Virus record (IMG/VR): IMGVR_UViG_3300028384_001121
Coordinates: 1 to 53,602 of that record
From: a virus
Taxonomy: Duplodnaviria > Caudoviricetes
Reading direction: 5' to 3' (one strand)
DNA: 53,602 nt
Part shown: positions 37,417 to 46,791 of the stretch, piece by piece
How positions within the stretch are numbered: position 1 is the stretch's first letter
Layout of the letters: each line of letters begins with the position of its first letter
The notes under the pieces: generated by a model
The model's input: the letters and a program-made list of their open reading frames with translations, nothing else
Database searches by the model: none
Told to the model about the DNA's origin: nothing
Made by a program: the position numbers and the translations under genes

Positions 37417-37802
37417 TACTCAGAGACTTGTAGTTTAATCTTAAACTTACCCTCTAACAGCCGCGTAACCACATCGCTGTCATCTACAATCTCCAAGTCG
37501 TACACTCCTTGATTAAAGTCGAAGTTCGTTGTCGTAGCACTTGGGATAATTAGAGTGAACTTGCCCTCATCAGAACCACTCTGCGGAGATACAATTGTGA
37601 AGTCCACATCATAGCCCGTGTCTTCCGTATCATCGCTCGTAGCCTGATAGACATACGCCGTATCGGTAATATGATCCTTGACAGACATACGCACACGGTA
37701 ATTCGTCAAGTCCTGATATGAACCTGAAGACAGCTTATAACGAAAGGTCACCTCGTGTTGTGACCCCTGCTCTACGATGAAATTGTACTTGCCTGCAGCC
37801 AT
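37416..37802 (-). CDS. BppU-N-like fibre attachment/adaptor protein
   Basis: YNFIVEQG...DLTNY..RM.V...GVYDLEI...VTRLLEGK. Confidence 0.65.
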   Translation of the reverse strand: MAAGKYNFIVEQGSQHEVTFRYKLSSGSYQDLTNYRVRMSVKDHITDTAYVYQATSDDTEDTGYDVDFTIVSPQSGSDEGKFTLIIPSATTTNFDFNQGVYDLEIVDDSDVVTRLLEGKFKIKLQVSE

Positions 37803-39028
37803 TAGGATAAGACGTATTCAAAGACATTAGGTTTCCCCTGTCCATTGTTGATGATTACGGTGTATCCGGCAGAGCTGTTCCAACCATTGCTTTCAGAGTA
37901 GAAGTTCCCTGTAAACAATGGAGCAACGGACAACTGCCGATAATTTGCCTGGTCGACCTGCTTTTCTTCAATAGTCCGGTAGACCCGCTTTCCTTTCCTT
38001 GCATGCCAGTGACCGCCAAGCATAACATTGTACATGCCCTGACGTCCGTGCTCCCAGAAAGCCTTTCCTAAATCTCCTTTTGCAACGCCATGATGGTTGT
38101 GCGTAAGGATGTAATAGATGCTGTCAATCTCTACTCCCAAAAGTACGGCATTGTGCCGTACATCAAGCGGAGTATTCTCGCGGAGCATGAATGCCAAAAG
38201 CCCCGCAACTGAACCGTATGGATCGCCCTCTATTTTTTGGGTAATCCGGTCGTGATTGCCACTTACAATATATACCCCACAGACATTGTCTAGTGTAGTA
38301 AGGAAACGACGAATAATAGTGTAAGCCAGGATAACAACATTAGTGCCATGACCACCGTGTTCGAGTTCCTGCCAAGTCGATTGATGATTGAGTCCGGTGA
38401 AGCTTTCAATGAAGTCACCCAGTAAGCAAACATATACCTCATCGTAATTCTCGTTATTGATACAAGTAGCTACCTCTTGTAAGCGTGCAACAACAGTTTT
38501 TACATTGAACGCCGGAGTATGCCCCATAGCCTCTACTCTTGCGCCAATATGAAAGTCAGACAAAGCTAACACCGCTGTGTTACTTCCGGGTTTTCTTTGG
38601 ATAGTAAAGCCATCAACAGTTTCACGTAACTGTGAAACAACGGCATCCATGTCAAGCGTTTGTTTCTTCCTTTCTAGCTGCACCTTTACCTGGTGCATTA
38701 CAACCGGCCCTGCTTTTGACTGAGCCTCCCAGCTATTGCAGGTAAACCGTGCTACTTCCCAAACATCAGTATCAATCTCGAAGTACTTGACAGCATCTTC
38801 TAAAGAGTGAATAGGATCAGCCCCTTTATACACGTAGGATGCAGAGTCGCTAGTTACTTCCTTCTTTACCTCGACAGAAGGCTTTCGCTCTTTTGAGACC
38901 ATCCGTCTCAAGCTGCGATGAGACAATTCGACTTCGGGATTCTCCTCAAGAATCAGCGAAGCGATACGTGCGTGTGTCTCATTTCGGTGATTCTTGCAGT
39001 ACTTAGTTACGAGTGCAAGAATATCCAT
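37802..39028 (-). CDS. Calcineurin-like metallophosphoesterase with an N-terminal extension
   Basis: All five motifs are present: SDFHIG, LGDFIE, GNHDR, THNH, GHWH. Confidence 0.85.
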   Translation of the reverse strand: MDILALVTKYCKNHRNETHARIASLILEENPEVELSHRSLRRMVSKERKPSVEVKKEVTSDSASYVYKGADPIHSLEDAVKYFEIDTDVWEVARFTCNSWEAQSKAGPVVMHQVKVQLERKKQTLDMDAVVSQLRETVDGFTIQRKPGSNTAVLALSDFHIGARVEAMGHTPAFNVKTVVARLQEVATCINNENYDEVYVCLLGDFIESFTGLNHQSTWQELEHGGHGTNVVILAYTIIRRFLTTLDNVCGVYIVSGNHDRITQKIEGDPYGSVAGLLAFMLRENTPLDVRHNAVLLGVEIDSIYYILTHNHHGVAKGDLGKAFWEHGRQGMYNVMLGGHWHARKGKRVYRTIEEKQVDQANYRQLSVAPLFTGNFYSESNGWNSSAGYTVIINNGQGKPNVFEYVLS

Positions 39029-39032
39029 AGTG

Positions 39033-39983
39033 TTAGTTTGCTTCTAAATCGTTGATTCGGATAATTAGAGGATTTGCTATCGGCCCTGTCTGACCGTTCA
39101 ACACGTTTGTCTTAGTAAACGTCACGTTGCCATTTGCAGCAAAAGCGGTGTTCGTAGCCTGGACCGTATAGGCATGCAACAAATTAAGTGTTGGCGTATA
39201 GGAGTTATTAATCGCCTCATATACTACCACTTCTGCTGCCCAATCTTGTGGATCAACACCCGTCTTAAAGGGCAAGCTAATAATCATGGGAGTACCTGCT
39301 GCAGCGGCATCTGGGTAATACTCAAACCAAGCTGTATTCGGAGCTGTCAAAGGCCGGCTGTCAAATATCGCAGCGAACTGGGCAACGTCAGTATTTGTGC
39401 CCGCTTGAATGTAGACAGCATTACGGGGAGTGCGCGTCGAGGCAATGTCGATATAAGCATCTCCGGCAATATCCGGCGCATCAAACAGTGTCGCTCCTAA
39501 GGCATTACTCGTAAGAACAGCGGACGTAGTAATAGACACGCCATTATCAGAGTAGTCCGAAGTGCTGTGATACGTAACTGTAAGAGGAGTATTATCAGGA
39601 TATACGGCATCTGCATGGTCCCCAGCTGTGTTGTCCACTAAAGCCAAGTTCTGATTAAGGGTCTCATCGACTGTATACGTCAAGCCGGCTGTTCCTGAGG
39701 GTTTAATTCCGGCAGGAGCCTGCACCTTAAGAATGCTATAAATAGCAGCAGGCATGTCAGAATCGTAACCGTCAAACCCGCTATACCCATCCTCTACTAC
39801 AATAGAGGTTTCATCTTGATAAACTTGAGTGCCAATAAAGAAGTCGCGCCGGTCGCAGTCACGGTCTAAACCGTACAGAACACGCTTGAGATAAACCTTC
39901 AGCTCTCGCCCAAACTCCCACAATTGATTGAGGGCAGCCGTGCGAGTTTTGCTATTGATGTAATCTTTTGGGTTGATCTTCAT
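39033..39983 (-). CDS. Putative tail hub/structural protein
   Basis: 316 aa directly after the Cys-tailed hub-like gene. Assigned by position only. Confidence 0.45.
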   Translation of the reverse strand: MKINPKDYINSKTRTAALNQLWEFGRELKVYLKRVLYGLDRDCDRRDFFIGTQVYQDETSIVVEDGYSGFDGYDSDMPAAIYSILKVQAPAGIKPSGTAGLTYTVDETLNQNLALVDNTAGDHADAVYPDNTPLTVTYHSTSDYSDNGVSITTSAVLTSNALGATLFDAPDIAGDAYIDIASTRTPRNAVYIQAGTNTDVAQFAAIFDSRPLTAPNTAWFEYYPDAAAAGTPMIISLPFKTGVDPQDWAAEVVVYEAINNSYTPTLNLLHAYTVQATNTAFAANGNVTFTKTNVLNGQTGPIANPLIIRINDLEAN

Positions 39984-39984
39984 G

Positions 39985-40560
39985 TCAGCAGCCGCATACG
40001 CAAGTGCAGCCGTTGCCCTTGCAAATATTATCTAGCAAGGTAATCTTTTCATTGGCGCTTGTAATGCGGGCGTCAGATGGATTCGCCAAGCCAATGTCAA
40101 GCAGAACCCCTTGCCTAATGGTTACAAGCTCTTGAAGGGTCTGTAATTGCTTCTGCTCCTTGCAGAGATTGCACATGCTCTTGAGGTAAGTCTCAAGCTT
40201 ATCGCTAATGCACTTGTCAATTACAGGAATGTGTAGGAAGTATTCCTCGAACGTGTAAGTATCAGAACCGATAACGTACACGATTTTAAATTGGTAAATA
40301 CCGTCCCGGAAGGACGTCCCAGTTTCATCTGAGACGTCCCCCGGAGCGATATCCATTGTGAAAGAGTGCGGGTTATCCGCATCATAGCTACCTAAGTCGG
40401 CTTCTGTCAAATCCTCGTATGCTGTCTTTCCAGGAATCTTGACCTTTACATCAAGTGATGTGCGGGCAGTTCCGTTAGGGAGGTGATCATACAAGACAAA
40501 GTTTACTGCACCTGCAATAGTCTTTGTAGTAATTCGCCAGTATCCGGTTTTAGCAGCCAT
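39985..40560 (-). CDS. Putative tail hub protein
   Basis: DGIYQF.I.Y, CxxC and a C-terminal CKGNGCTCVCGC, at the crAss-like position. Confidence 0.55.
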   Translation of the reverse strand: MAAKTGYWRITTKTIAGAVNFVLYDHLPNGTARTSLDVKVKIPGKTAYEDLTEADLGSYDADNPHSFTMDIAPGDVSDETGTSFRDGIYQFKIVYVIGSDTYTFEEYFLHIPVIDKCISDKLETYLKSMCNLCKEQKQLQTLQELVTIRQGVLLDIGLANPSDARITSANEKITLLDNICKGNGCTCVCGC

Positions 40561-40570
40561 AGGTCAGCTA

Positions 40571-41389
40571 TTAGGAAATAGAAATAGTACCTGGTGCGTT
40601 CGTTGCAAACACTGTAGACAAGTGTCCGATCAAAACGTCAGAAGCAGTATCATCACAGTAAATAACAATCTCGTGCAAGTCCTGACGATCGCCAACTTCA
40701 GCCTTAACAAAGATGCTCACGCGGTGGAACCCATTGTTGTCTGCACCTGAAACAGGCTTGACAACATTAGGACCAGCGATGTTGGTGACACCAATGAATG
40801 GAAGAGCGTCTTCAAACTCAGCGTCAATGTCGGCTTTAGTACCAATCGACAATTGTGGAGCCGTAGTCTGAGCAAATGCAGATGCGTCGTTACCTGCCAA
40901 ACGCAAGATTTTGTTCACGGGAGATGTGATCGTAATCACTGCACCTGAAACAGAAGCAACGACGTCCTTAAACACGTCGCGAGTAGAAGCGTTAATGGCA
41001 TCCTTGATAGCTTCCGCAGCAGCATCGGCATCAGCACCCTCACCTTCAAAGGTTGCAATAGCAAACTTCTCACGGCCGTCGGTAACATCGATGATTTTTA
41101 CCTCTGCCTTACCACCGTCAAGAGCGATAGTAGCAGTTTGGACTTGTTGGACACCAGCATTGTAAGCAACAGCGTCAACTTTTTCGATATCGGCTTGAGC
41201 GAACTCAGGTGTACCGTAACGCTTTTCGACTACTTGAAACTTATCGCCAGCTACCAGAGCAGCGCCATTATCGGCTTGAAAGTCTGGAGCATCAGAGCCG
41301 TTGTTTTCGAGAATGCTGATGGTGTTATCAGCAACAGTGTTCTTCACGCCATCTGTAGTGGCGACGAAGACAAATTTAGTATGAGACAT
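40571..41389 (-). CDS. Auxiliary capsid/decoration-like protein (paralogue 2)
   Basis: 272 aa, Ala/Asp-rich, with layout similar to the upstream gene. Confidence 0.55.
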   Translation of the reverse strand: MSHTKFVFVATTDGVKNTVADNTISILENNGSDAPDFQADNGAALVAGDKFQVVEKRYGTPEFAQADIEKVDAVAYNAGVQQVQTATIALDGGKAEVKIIDVTDGREKFAIATFEGEGADADAAAEAIKDAINASTRDVFKDVVASVSGAVITITSPVNKILRLAGNDASAFAQTTAPQLSIGTKADIDAEFEDALPFIGVTNIAGPNVVKPVSGADNNGFHRVSIFVKAEVGDRQDLHEIVIYCDDTASDVLIGHLSTVFATNAPGTISIS

Positions 41390-41409
41390 AGTATGGAAAA
41401 ATTAAGGGT

Positions 41410-42597
41410 TTATTCGATGATGGTTGCAGTATCTCCGGTAGTCGCAGATCCGCTGATATTGCCAGAGGTGTCTTCCACCTTAGCGTCCAAAGTCAATACA
41501 GCTCCTGCTGCGTAATCGGCACCAGAAATAGCCAATTCAAAGGCTTCATTTGCAGCTGTCATGGTAAAGTTTTCAGTGACATCTGCCTCTGCGCCATCGG
41601 AAGTAACCGTGACCTTGAGGGTAGCACCAACCTCGCCGCCGGCAGCCTTGACGAAGATTGCGTCATCATCGCTATTGTCGATTTGCGTAATAGGCGTACT
41701 GTCAGCAAGAGAAGTAACAAACGTGATGCTAGTAAGCGCGCTAGGAGGAGTTACATCTACACCAGACAAGCCCAGAATAGTTTGAATAGCATTTACGAGC
41801 TTGTTCGAAGCTGCTTCATCGTCTTTAATCGCCACTCGGATCGTCTCGATAGCACGACGGTTACCCGGAAGCGCCTGCAAAACCTCAATAGTGTAAATCC
41901 CATAGTCAGCGTCAAACTCTGTAGAAGTCGCTGGCACAACGACTGGGAACTCTACTTGGTTGTAAGCTCCTGCGCTGATGTAGCTACGAGTCTCTAAGTC
42001 GATGATGTTATCACGCTGACCCCGACGTCCTACAGTATTTGCCGTATTATAGGTAACTGTCAAAGCATCATCTCCGGTAACTGTAATGTCGTACCCGCGA
42101 GGAGTGATTGTGATGCGCACATCCGATCCTGAAACCTCTAAAGTCACGTTGTCAAAACGAGCGGTATCTGCTCGGTCGTTGAAGTTGGCTACAAGTTCTG
42201 CCGCATCCTTACCGGTCAGACCTAAAACATCATGGACATTAATACCATCTTGTGCTTCCAAACGGATGCTGTTCATGCCGCTTTGCAAATTGCTTACGGT
42301 AATGCTGGCATCAGACCCCGCTCGAGGCGCCTTGTAATCACTCGAAAGGATTTGAGACTTCTTGAATTCGCTGCTGCCCATAACTGCAGTCGAGCCATCG
42401 GGCTGAGGGACTGCAACGGACAATTTAATCATAGCATCAGCACTTGCAGCAGAGTCATCGCCGTCAGCAAATGCGCCGTCGACTTGAATCATTAATTCTC
42501 CGCTGGTAGCAGCATTAGACACAGAAGTAGCCAGAACGTCAGCTTGTGCAGCTGCCACGTCCCCGCGCACTACAAGGGTAGTATCGAGTAAACTCAT
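41410..42597 (-). CDS. Auxiliary capsid/decoration-like protein with a C-terminal Ig-like extension
   Basis: Follows the ring gene as in crAss-like capsid modules. C-terminal DVTPPS...AKVEDTSGNIS resembles a bacterial Ig-like domain. Confidence 0.55.
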   Translation of the reverse strand: MSLLDTTLVVRGDVAAAQADVLATSVSNAATSGELMIQVDGAFADGDDSAASADAMIKLSVAVPQPDGSTAVMGSSEFKKSQILSSDYKAPRAGSDASITVSNLQSGMNSIRLEAQDGINVHDVLGLTGKDAAELVANFNDRADTARFDNVTLEVSGSDVRITITPRGYDITVTGDDALTVTYNTANTVGRRGQRDNIIDLETRSYISAGAYNQVEFPVVVPATSTEFDADYGIYTIEVLQALPGNRRAIETIRVAIKDDEAASNKLVNAIQTILGLSGVDVTPPSALTSITFVTSLADSTPITQIDNSDDDAIFVKAAGGEVGATLKVTVTSDGAEADVTENFTMTAANEAFELAISGADYAAGAVLTLDAKVEDTSGNISGSATTGDTATIIE

Positions 42598-43289
42598 TAT
42601 TCGGATTGTTGTTGTTCAATAGAAGTCGTCTGGTATCGTGGCGACTCAATGGCCTCGATGATGCTTTTCACCGCTAGATCAACAATCTCGTGGTGCGTGT
42701 GCTCTGCTAGCTCGCAATCTACGCTAGTTGACAGGGTAATGTCAACCGGTTGACGCAAGTAATCGAGGTGTAGTGTTTTTAATATAAACTTTTCGTTGTC
42801 TTGGAAGACACGAACTTCATCGTCATACACTGCACCCAATGGAAATTCGGGCTTGGTTTTAGCAAATGGATTTTGCTGGTGCTGGTAAAGCTTGTCTTGC
42901 TCTACAATGCGTAAGTCCCGCGTAGTCTCCGGATCTGCCGTATCGACTTGTTCCCCGCAATGGTTCACATGAAAGGTCACGCGAGCATTGACGAGGAACA
43001 TATAGTCGATCGGTAAATCAAAGTTGATGAAGTCTACCGTATCATCCGGCGTGACACCATCTGTATAGTCAACGGTAATAAGCAACCGCAAGTCATCCAT
43101 GCGCTTGACATTACCCTCAAATCCTAGTTTTTTAGGATCTGTCTGTCGGTAGAGACGCTGCTTGATAAACCTTTCCTGAGCGCGATTCAACCAAAAGTCA
43201 ATCTCCTCTGGAATAAAGTAATCGTACACCGAGGAGGCTACTTTCTGTAGCCCCTGGTCTACTGCATAGTGCATCTCCTGAACAGTCAT
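42597..43289 (-). CDS. Head-tail ring protein (crAss gene 74-like)
   Basis: MTVQEMH...PEEID.WLN.AQ...KRMDDLR.L...YLRQP...CEL.EHTH.EIVDLAV. Confidence 0.8.
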   Translation of the reverse strand: MTVQEMHYAVDQGLQKVASSVYDYFIPEEIDFWLNRAQERFIKQRLYRQTDPKKLGFEGNVKRMDDLRLLITVDYTDGVTPDDTVDFINFDLPIDYMFLVNARVTFHVNHCGEQVDTADPETTRDLRIVEQDKLYQHQQNPFAKTKPEFPLGAVYDDEVRVFQDNEKFILKTLHLDYLRQPVDITLSTSVDCELAEHTHHEIVDLAVKSIIEAIESPRYQTTSIEQQQSE

Positions 43290-43290
43290 A

Positions 43291-44100
43291 TCATGCGAAA
43301 GCCTTTAGCTTGGCTTTAATGGCCGTCAAAACGTTAGAGTTCTTCTTGTCTTTCAGGAAGAGGACGGCTTCTTCCATCGAGTCTCCTAAGGTGATATCAC
43401 CATCTAAAATGCTGTTGCCAACTCGACGAAGGGCCTCAAGAGACAGTGCCTGATTAATCAAGGCGGTAATCTCTAAGTTCTTATCAGTGCAAATATCGAT
43501 AAAGTACTCTGGATTGTCCTCTTGGAGTTCTTCCAATTGAAGTTCCTTTTCATCGACAGTAAGCTTGCCCGGATTGAAGCCGTATACATGCAGAACCATG
43601 TTCATACGGTCTTCATTTGCAGTCAGCTTCATGAACTCTTTGAACGCATCCTTACGGACTGTCAAGCCAGCAGAAGCCTCAGCCAATTCCTTGCGAGCAT
43701 CTGAAATATAGTAACGAACCTTCTTACTGCCGCTTAACTCTTCCTCATCTTTTGCAACGTGAGGGTGAGCCATGATAAACTTGTACTTGATGTAGTCAAG
43801 CACAGACAGGGGATGTCCCTCTTCGTCCAAGCCTACCTCTAGGTCTATACCTCCAGCAGGGACCTCGACAGTAAGATTTAGGTAGTACTCCTTACAGGCA
43901 CGACCAAAGCCTTGGTCAGATGGCGACATGCCAATGACCTCAGGCAAGTATTGTTTTTGTTCAGCGAAAGTCAAGCCCCGGACAATGTCACCGGCGGCTG
44001 TAAAGACTGATCCAATTTTACGCTTGGAATCGGCGTATACCTCGTCCGGCAAGTTCGTGTTATTAGGACGACGGTTGATGGTAACTAAGTGTGAAGACAT
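43291..44100 (-). CDS. Conserved capsid-module protein (crAss gene 75-like)
   Basis: Directly after the MCP. Likely start is ATG 44100 (MSSHLV), because the longer call overlaps the terminator. Confidence 0.7.
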   Translation of the reverse strand: MSSHLVTINRRPNNTNLPDEVYADSKRKIGSVFTAAGDIVRGLTFAEQKQYLPEVIGMSPSDQGFGRACKEYYLNLTVEVPAGGIDLEVGLDEEGHPLSVLDYIKYKFIMAHPHVAKDEEELSGSKKVRYYISDARKELAEASAGLTVRKDAFKEFMKLTANEDRMNMVLHVYGFNPGKLTVDEKELQLEELQEDNPEYFIDICTDKNLEITALINQALSLEALRRVGNSILDGDITLGDSMEEAVLFLKDKKNSNVLTAIKAKLKAFA

Positions 44101-44127
44101 ATCTGTTGTATCTAATGAGTTTCTAGT

Positions 44128-44160
44128 AAAAGAAAGGGGGAGGACCATTTCCTCCCCCTT
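44128..44160 (-). terminator. Rho-independent terminator after the major capsid gene
   Basis: Minus strand AAGGGGGAGGA-AATGG-TCCTCCCCCTT (11-bp stem) followed by TCTTTT. Confidence 0.85.
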
Positions 44161-44178
44161 CCGAATCAGACGCTAAGA

Positions 44179-45606
44179 TTAGCTCTTAGTGCACTCGAGG
44201 TGCAAGCAATTGGTTGCGCGGCGTACAGCCACACCACACTCCTTCATGAAGTGGACAGCAGAGCCATCAACGTCAGTAGCACGGAGAGCGTTTCCACCGA
44301 AGCCAGGAGGCACAGATGCACCAGCCACAGCCCAACGGACCAACTCACGACCCTTACGGGAGATGTACTGAACATTACGCTCACCATCGTAGGTGCTCAT
44401 ATCGAGGAAGACCATACGGTAAGACTCGAGCGGCAAACCAGTAACAGGGTGACGGTCGCTGTTCAAGGCACGTGCTCCGTGGTCAAACAGAGGTAAGTGG
44501 CGAACAGTGATTACGTGACCATCGATGTGCTGGTAAGACGTGAAGTAACCGCCGAGCATCAAGTTAGAACCGCTTCCACCGATGAAGCTAGAAGGATCAG
44601 TGTTCTTGATGTACGTACCGGCCTGAATCTCGTTCTTCATCGCGTTGTCGAACTCTTCCATACCACCGATACCGGTGAAGAGAGTGATGTTCATCTGCTG
44701 AGCATCGGTAGCGCCATACAAAGCGTCACGGACAACAGACTTAATCTTAGACGCGGTCAACTCAGAGTAAGTATCCACGTTAGGAATCTGCTCGAGGACA
44801 CCGGAACCGAGAGTAATCGGCTTACCGTTATCGTCCTTCAAGTGGATGATACCGTTAGCGTCACGGTTGTACTGAGAGTACCACAGTGCGTATTCGGTCT
44901 CTTCCTTCCAACGGAGCATGTGCTGGTACTCCTCAAAGTCATACCAGAGGTTAGTAGAGCGACCACCAACATTGAACTCGAAGTTCACCACACGGTCAGG
45001 CATGTTGCCTTCGTATGCGTAAGACTTACGAATCAAGCTGATTTGGTTACGCATCTTGGAAGGAGCAACCCAGTGGCTCTCGTTTCCGCGTGATCCGCTC
45101 ATTGCAGCAGGTGCGTACAACTGAACGAACAACTTGTTAGCGAAAGCAGAACCACCGACACCAGCACCATCAGCAGCCACCAATTGACAGCTGTACTCAT
45201 AGCCGTCCGCCACAGGAGTGGGGTCGTCCATAATACGGAGCTGAGTTCCGTCGGGAGCTTCGATGATGTACTGGCGCACGAACCAACGCTCATTAAAGGT
45301 CAGTTTAATTCGGGTGTGGTTCGCTCCAGTACCGGATTGAGCCTTGCACTCCAACGCCTTGTTCATACGGCCCATCACTGGGTAATCGTACTCAATGTCG
45401 TTGATGTACTTGGTAGCGCCCATACCCTCGGTCAAGTACGAAAGCGGGAAACGCTTGTCTTCTTGCCCAGCGAGATGGGTAATAACAGGAGAGAGAACGT
45501 CCGGTTGAGTGAGGAGAGCAGCGGCGAGGCTGTTCTCATCAGTCATGGCAGACGAGTTGAAGGTGTCTTCGTAAAGACGTAGCTTCTTAATGTTGTCAGC
45601 AGACAT
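44179..45606 (-). CDS. Major capsid protein (crAss-like, HK97 fold)
   Basis: 475 aa with MTDENSL, FPLSYLTEG, RNQISLIRKSY, GSGVLEQI, LFTGIGGMEEF and HPVTGLPLESYRMVFLD. Portal-scaffold-MCP order. Confidence 0.92.
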   Translation of the reverse strand: MSADNIKKLRLYEDTFNSSAMTDENSLAAALLTQPDVLSPVITHLAGQEDKRFPLSYLTEGMGATKYINDIEYDYPVMGRMNKALECKAQSGTGANHTRIKLTFNERWFVRQYIIEAPDGTQLRIMDDPTPVADGYEYSCQLVAADGAGVGGSAFANKLFVQLYAPAAMSGSRGNESHWVAPSKMRNQISLIRKSYAYEGNMPDRVVNFEFNVGGRSTNLWYDFEEYQHMLRWKEETEYALWYSQYNRDANGIIHLKDDNGKPITLGSGVLEQIPNVDTYSELTASKIKSVVRDALYGATDAQQMNITLFTGIGGMEEFDNAMKNEIQAGTYIKNTDPSSFIGGSGSNLMLGGYFTSYQHIDGHVITVRHLPLFDHGARALNSDRHPVTGLPLESYRMVFLDMSTYDGERNVQYISRKGRELVRWAVAGASVPPGFGGNALRATDVDGSAVHFMKECGVAVRRATNCLHLECTKS

Positions 45607-45629
45607 GGTCTAAAGTTTAGAATTAAGGG

Positions 45630-46721
45630 TTATAAAAGATCTTTCAATGAGGGAAGTTTCTTTGGCGCCTTGTATGCGGTCTGCCCTCCTTTCATACGCT
45701 GATTGGATGGCTTACGCTGCTGCAGCTTTTCCTTTAAATTCTTTGCTTTCTTGGTGTTCTGTGTGTTGGACACAAGCTTGCTCAGGTCGAACTTCTTCCA
45801 AAGCAAGTATTCCATTGCGACTTGAGTTTCCAAGTCCATGCTTTCCCGCTCAACCAAACGTTGAGTGCGGCCTTGATTATCTACGGCATCGCTCATCCAT
45901 GAGAAGAACTTATTGCGATCCGCTGTAGGAATTTGAAATCCCCGTACGACGCCTTGGTCAATCGTGTCACGGATGCTCGCCCATTGTTGCTGGACTTGCC
46001 GTTGATTTTCCTCAGCTTGTTGTTGCTGTTGCTGTACCAACTCTTTCGCTTCACGCTCCTGAGCTGTTTTGAGCTTTCCTAAGCTGCGGTTAGCCTGACC
46101 CATAAGGATACCGGCATCCACATACTCTTGAACTGTTTCAGAAATCTCTTCAGCGGTGTAGCCCTGGCGTTGCAAGAACTCCTGAACAACCATACGCTGC
46201 ATAGAAACATCTTCGTCACTAAGCTCGATAGCTCCAAAATCCACGTTTGGATTCGTAGCCTCAAAGTATTTCTTACTGTCTCCACCGTTGTAGCGATACT
46301 GCAAGTACTGCTCAACGTCTGGGAACTGTGAGAACACTGCATCAAGTTGCTCTTTTGCAATCTCTTGAGCCACTGCTTGAGTAAATCCTACGACTCCGTC
46401 ATAGTCTTCACCAAACTCGCCTTGGACATCGTAGCCCATTTTTTGGCGCAAAGTGTCAATGATGCTCGCTTCTTCCTCTTCAACCGCTTCAGGTTCGTCA
46501 GAGGTCTCTGCTTCTGGTTCAGCGGCAGGTTCATCAGCAACTTCCTCAGCTGCCGGTTCCTCTACCTCTTCTTGTTGTTCAACTTCAGGCTCTGCAACTT
46601 CTTCTACAGGCGCCTCTTCTTCAACTGCCGCCTCGGGAGTAGGGATACTCGCTGGGGCTTGGTCATTGAGCAGGTTTGCTACGCTTACCTGACTCAAATC
46701 GAGTGATTTTTCTTCTGCCAT
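45630..46721 (-). CDS. Putative scaffolding protein
   Basis: Very acidic, disordered N-terminus and a coiled coil, located between portal and MCP. Confidence 0.7.
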   Translation of the reverse strand: MAEEKSLDLSQVSVANLLNDQAPASIPTPEAAVEEEAPVEEVAEPEVEQQEEVEEPAAEEVADEPAAEPEAETSDEPEAVEEEEASIIDTLRQKMGYDVQGEFGEDYDGVVGFTQAVAQEIAKEQLDAVFSQFPDVEQYLQYRYNGGDSKKYFEATNPNVDFGAIELSDEDVSMQRMVVQEFLQRQGYTAEEISETVQEYVDAGILMGQANRSLGKLKTAQEREAKELVQQQQQQAEENQRQVQQQWASIRDTIDQGVVRGFQIPTADRNKFFSWMSDAVDNQGRTQRLVERESMDLETQVAMEYLLWKKFDLSKLVSNTQNTKKAKNLKEKLQQRKPSNQRMKGGQTAYKAPKKLPSLKDLL

Positions 46722-46726
46722 TGCTA

Positions 46727-46734
46727 CAAAAGTA
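46727..46734 (-). promoter_or_regulatory. Bacteroidota-type -7 promoter element
   Basis: TACTTTTG, 5 nt upstream of the ATG at 46721, in an AT-rich intergenic region. Confidence 0.6.
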
Positions 46735-46791
46735 TTTGATATACCGAATTATATGACGGATTCGCTATGAGAAACGTTTATTTTACTAATA

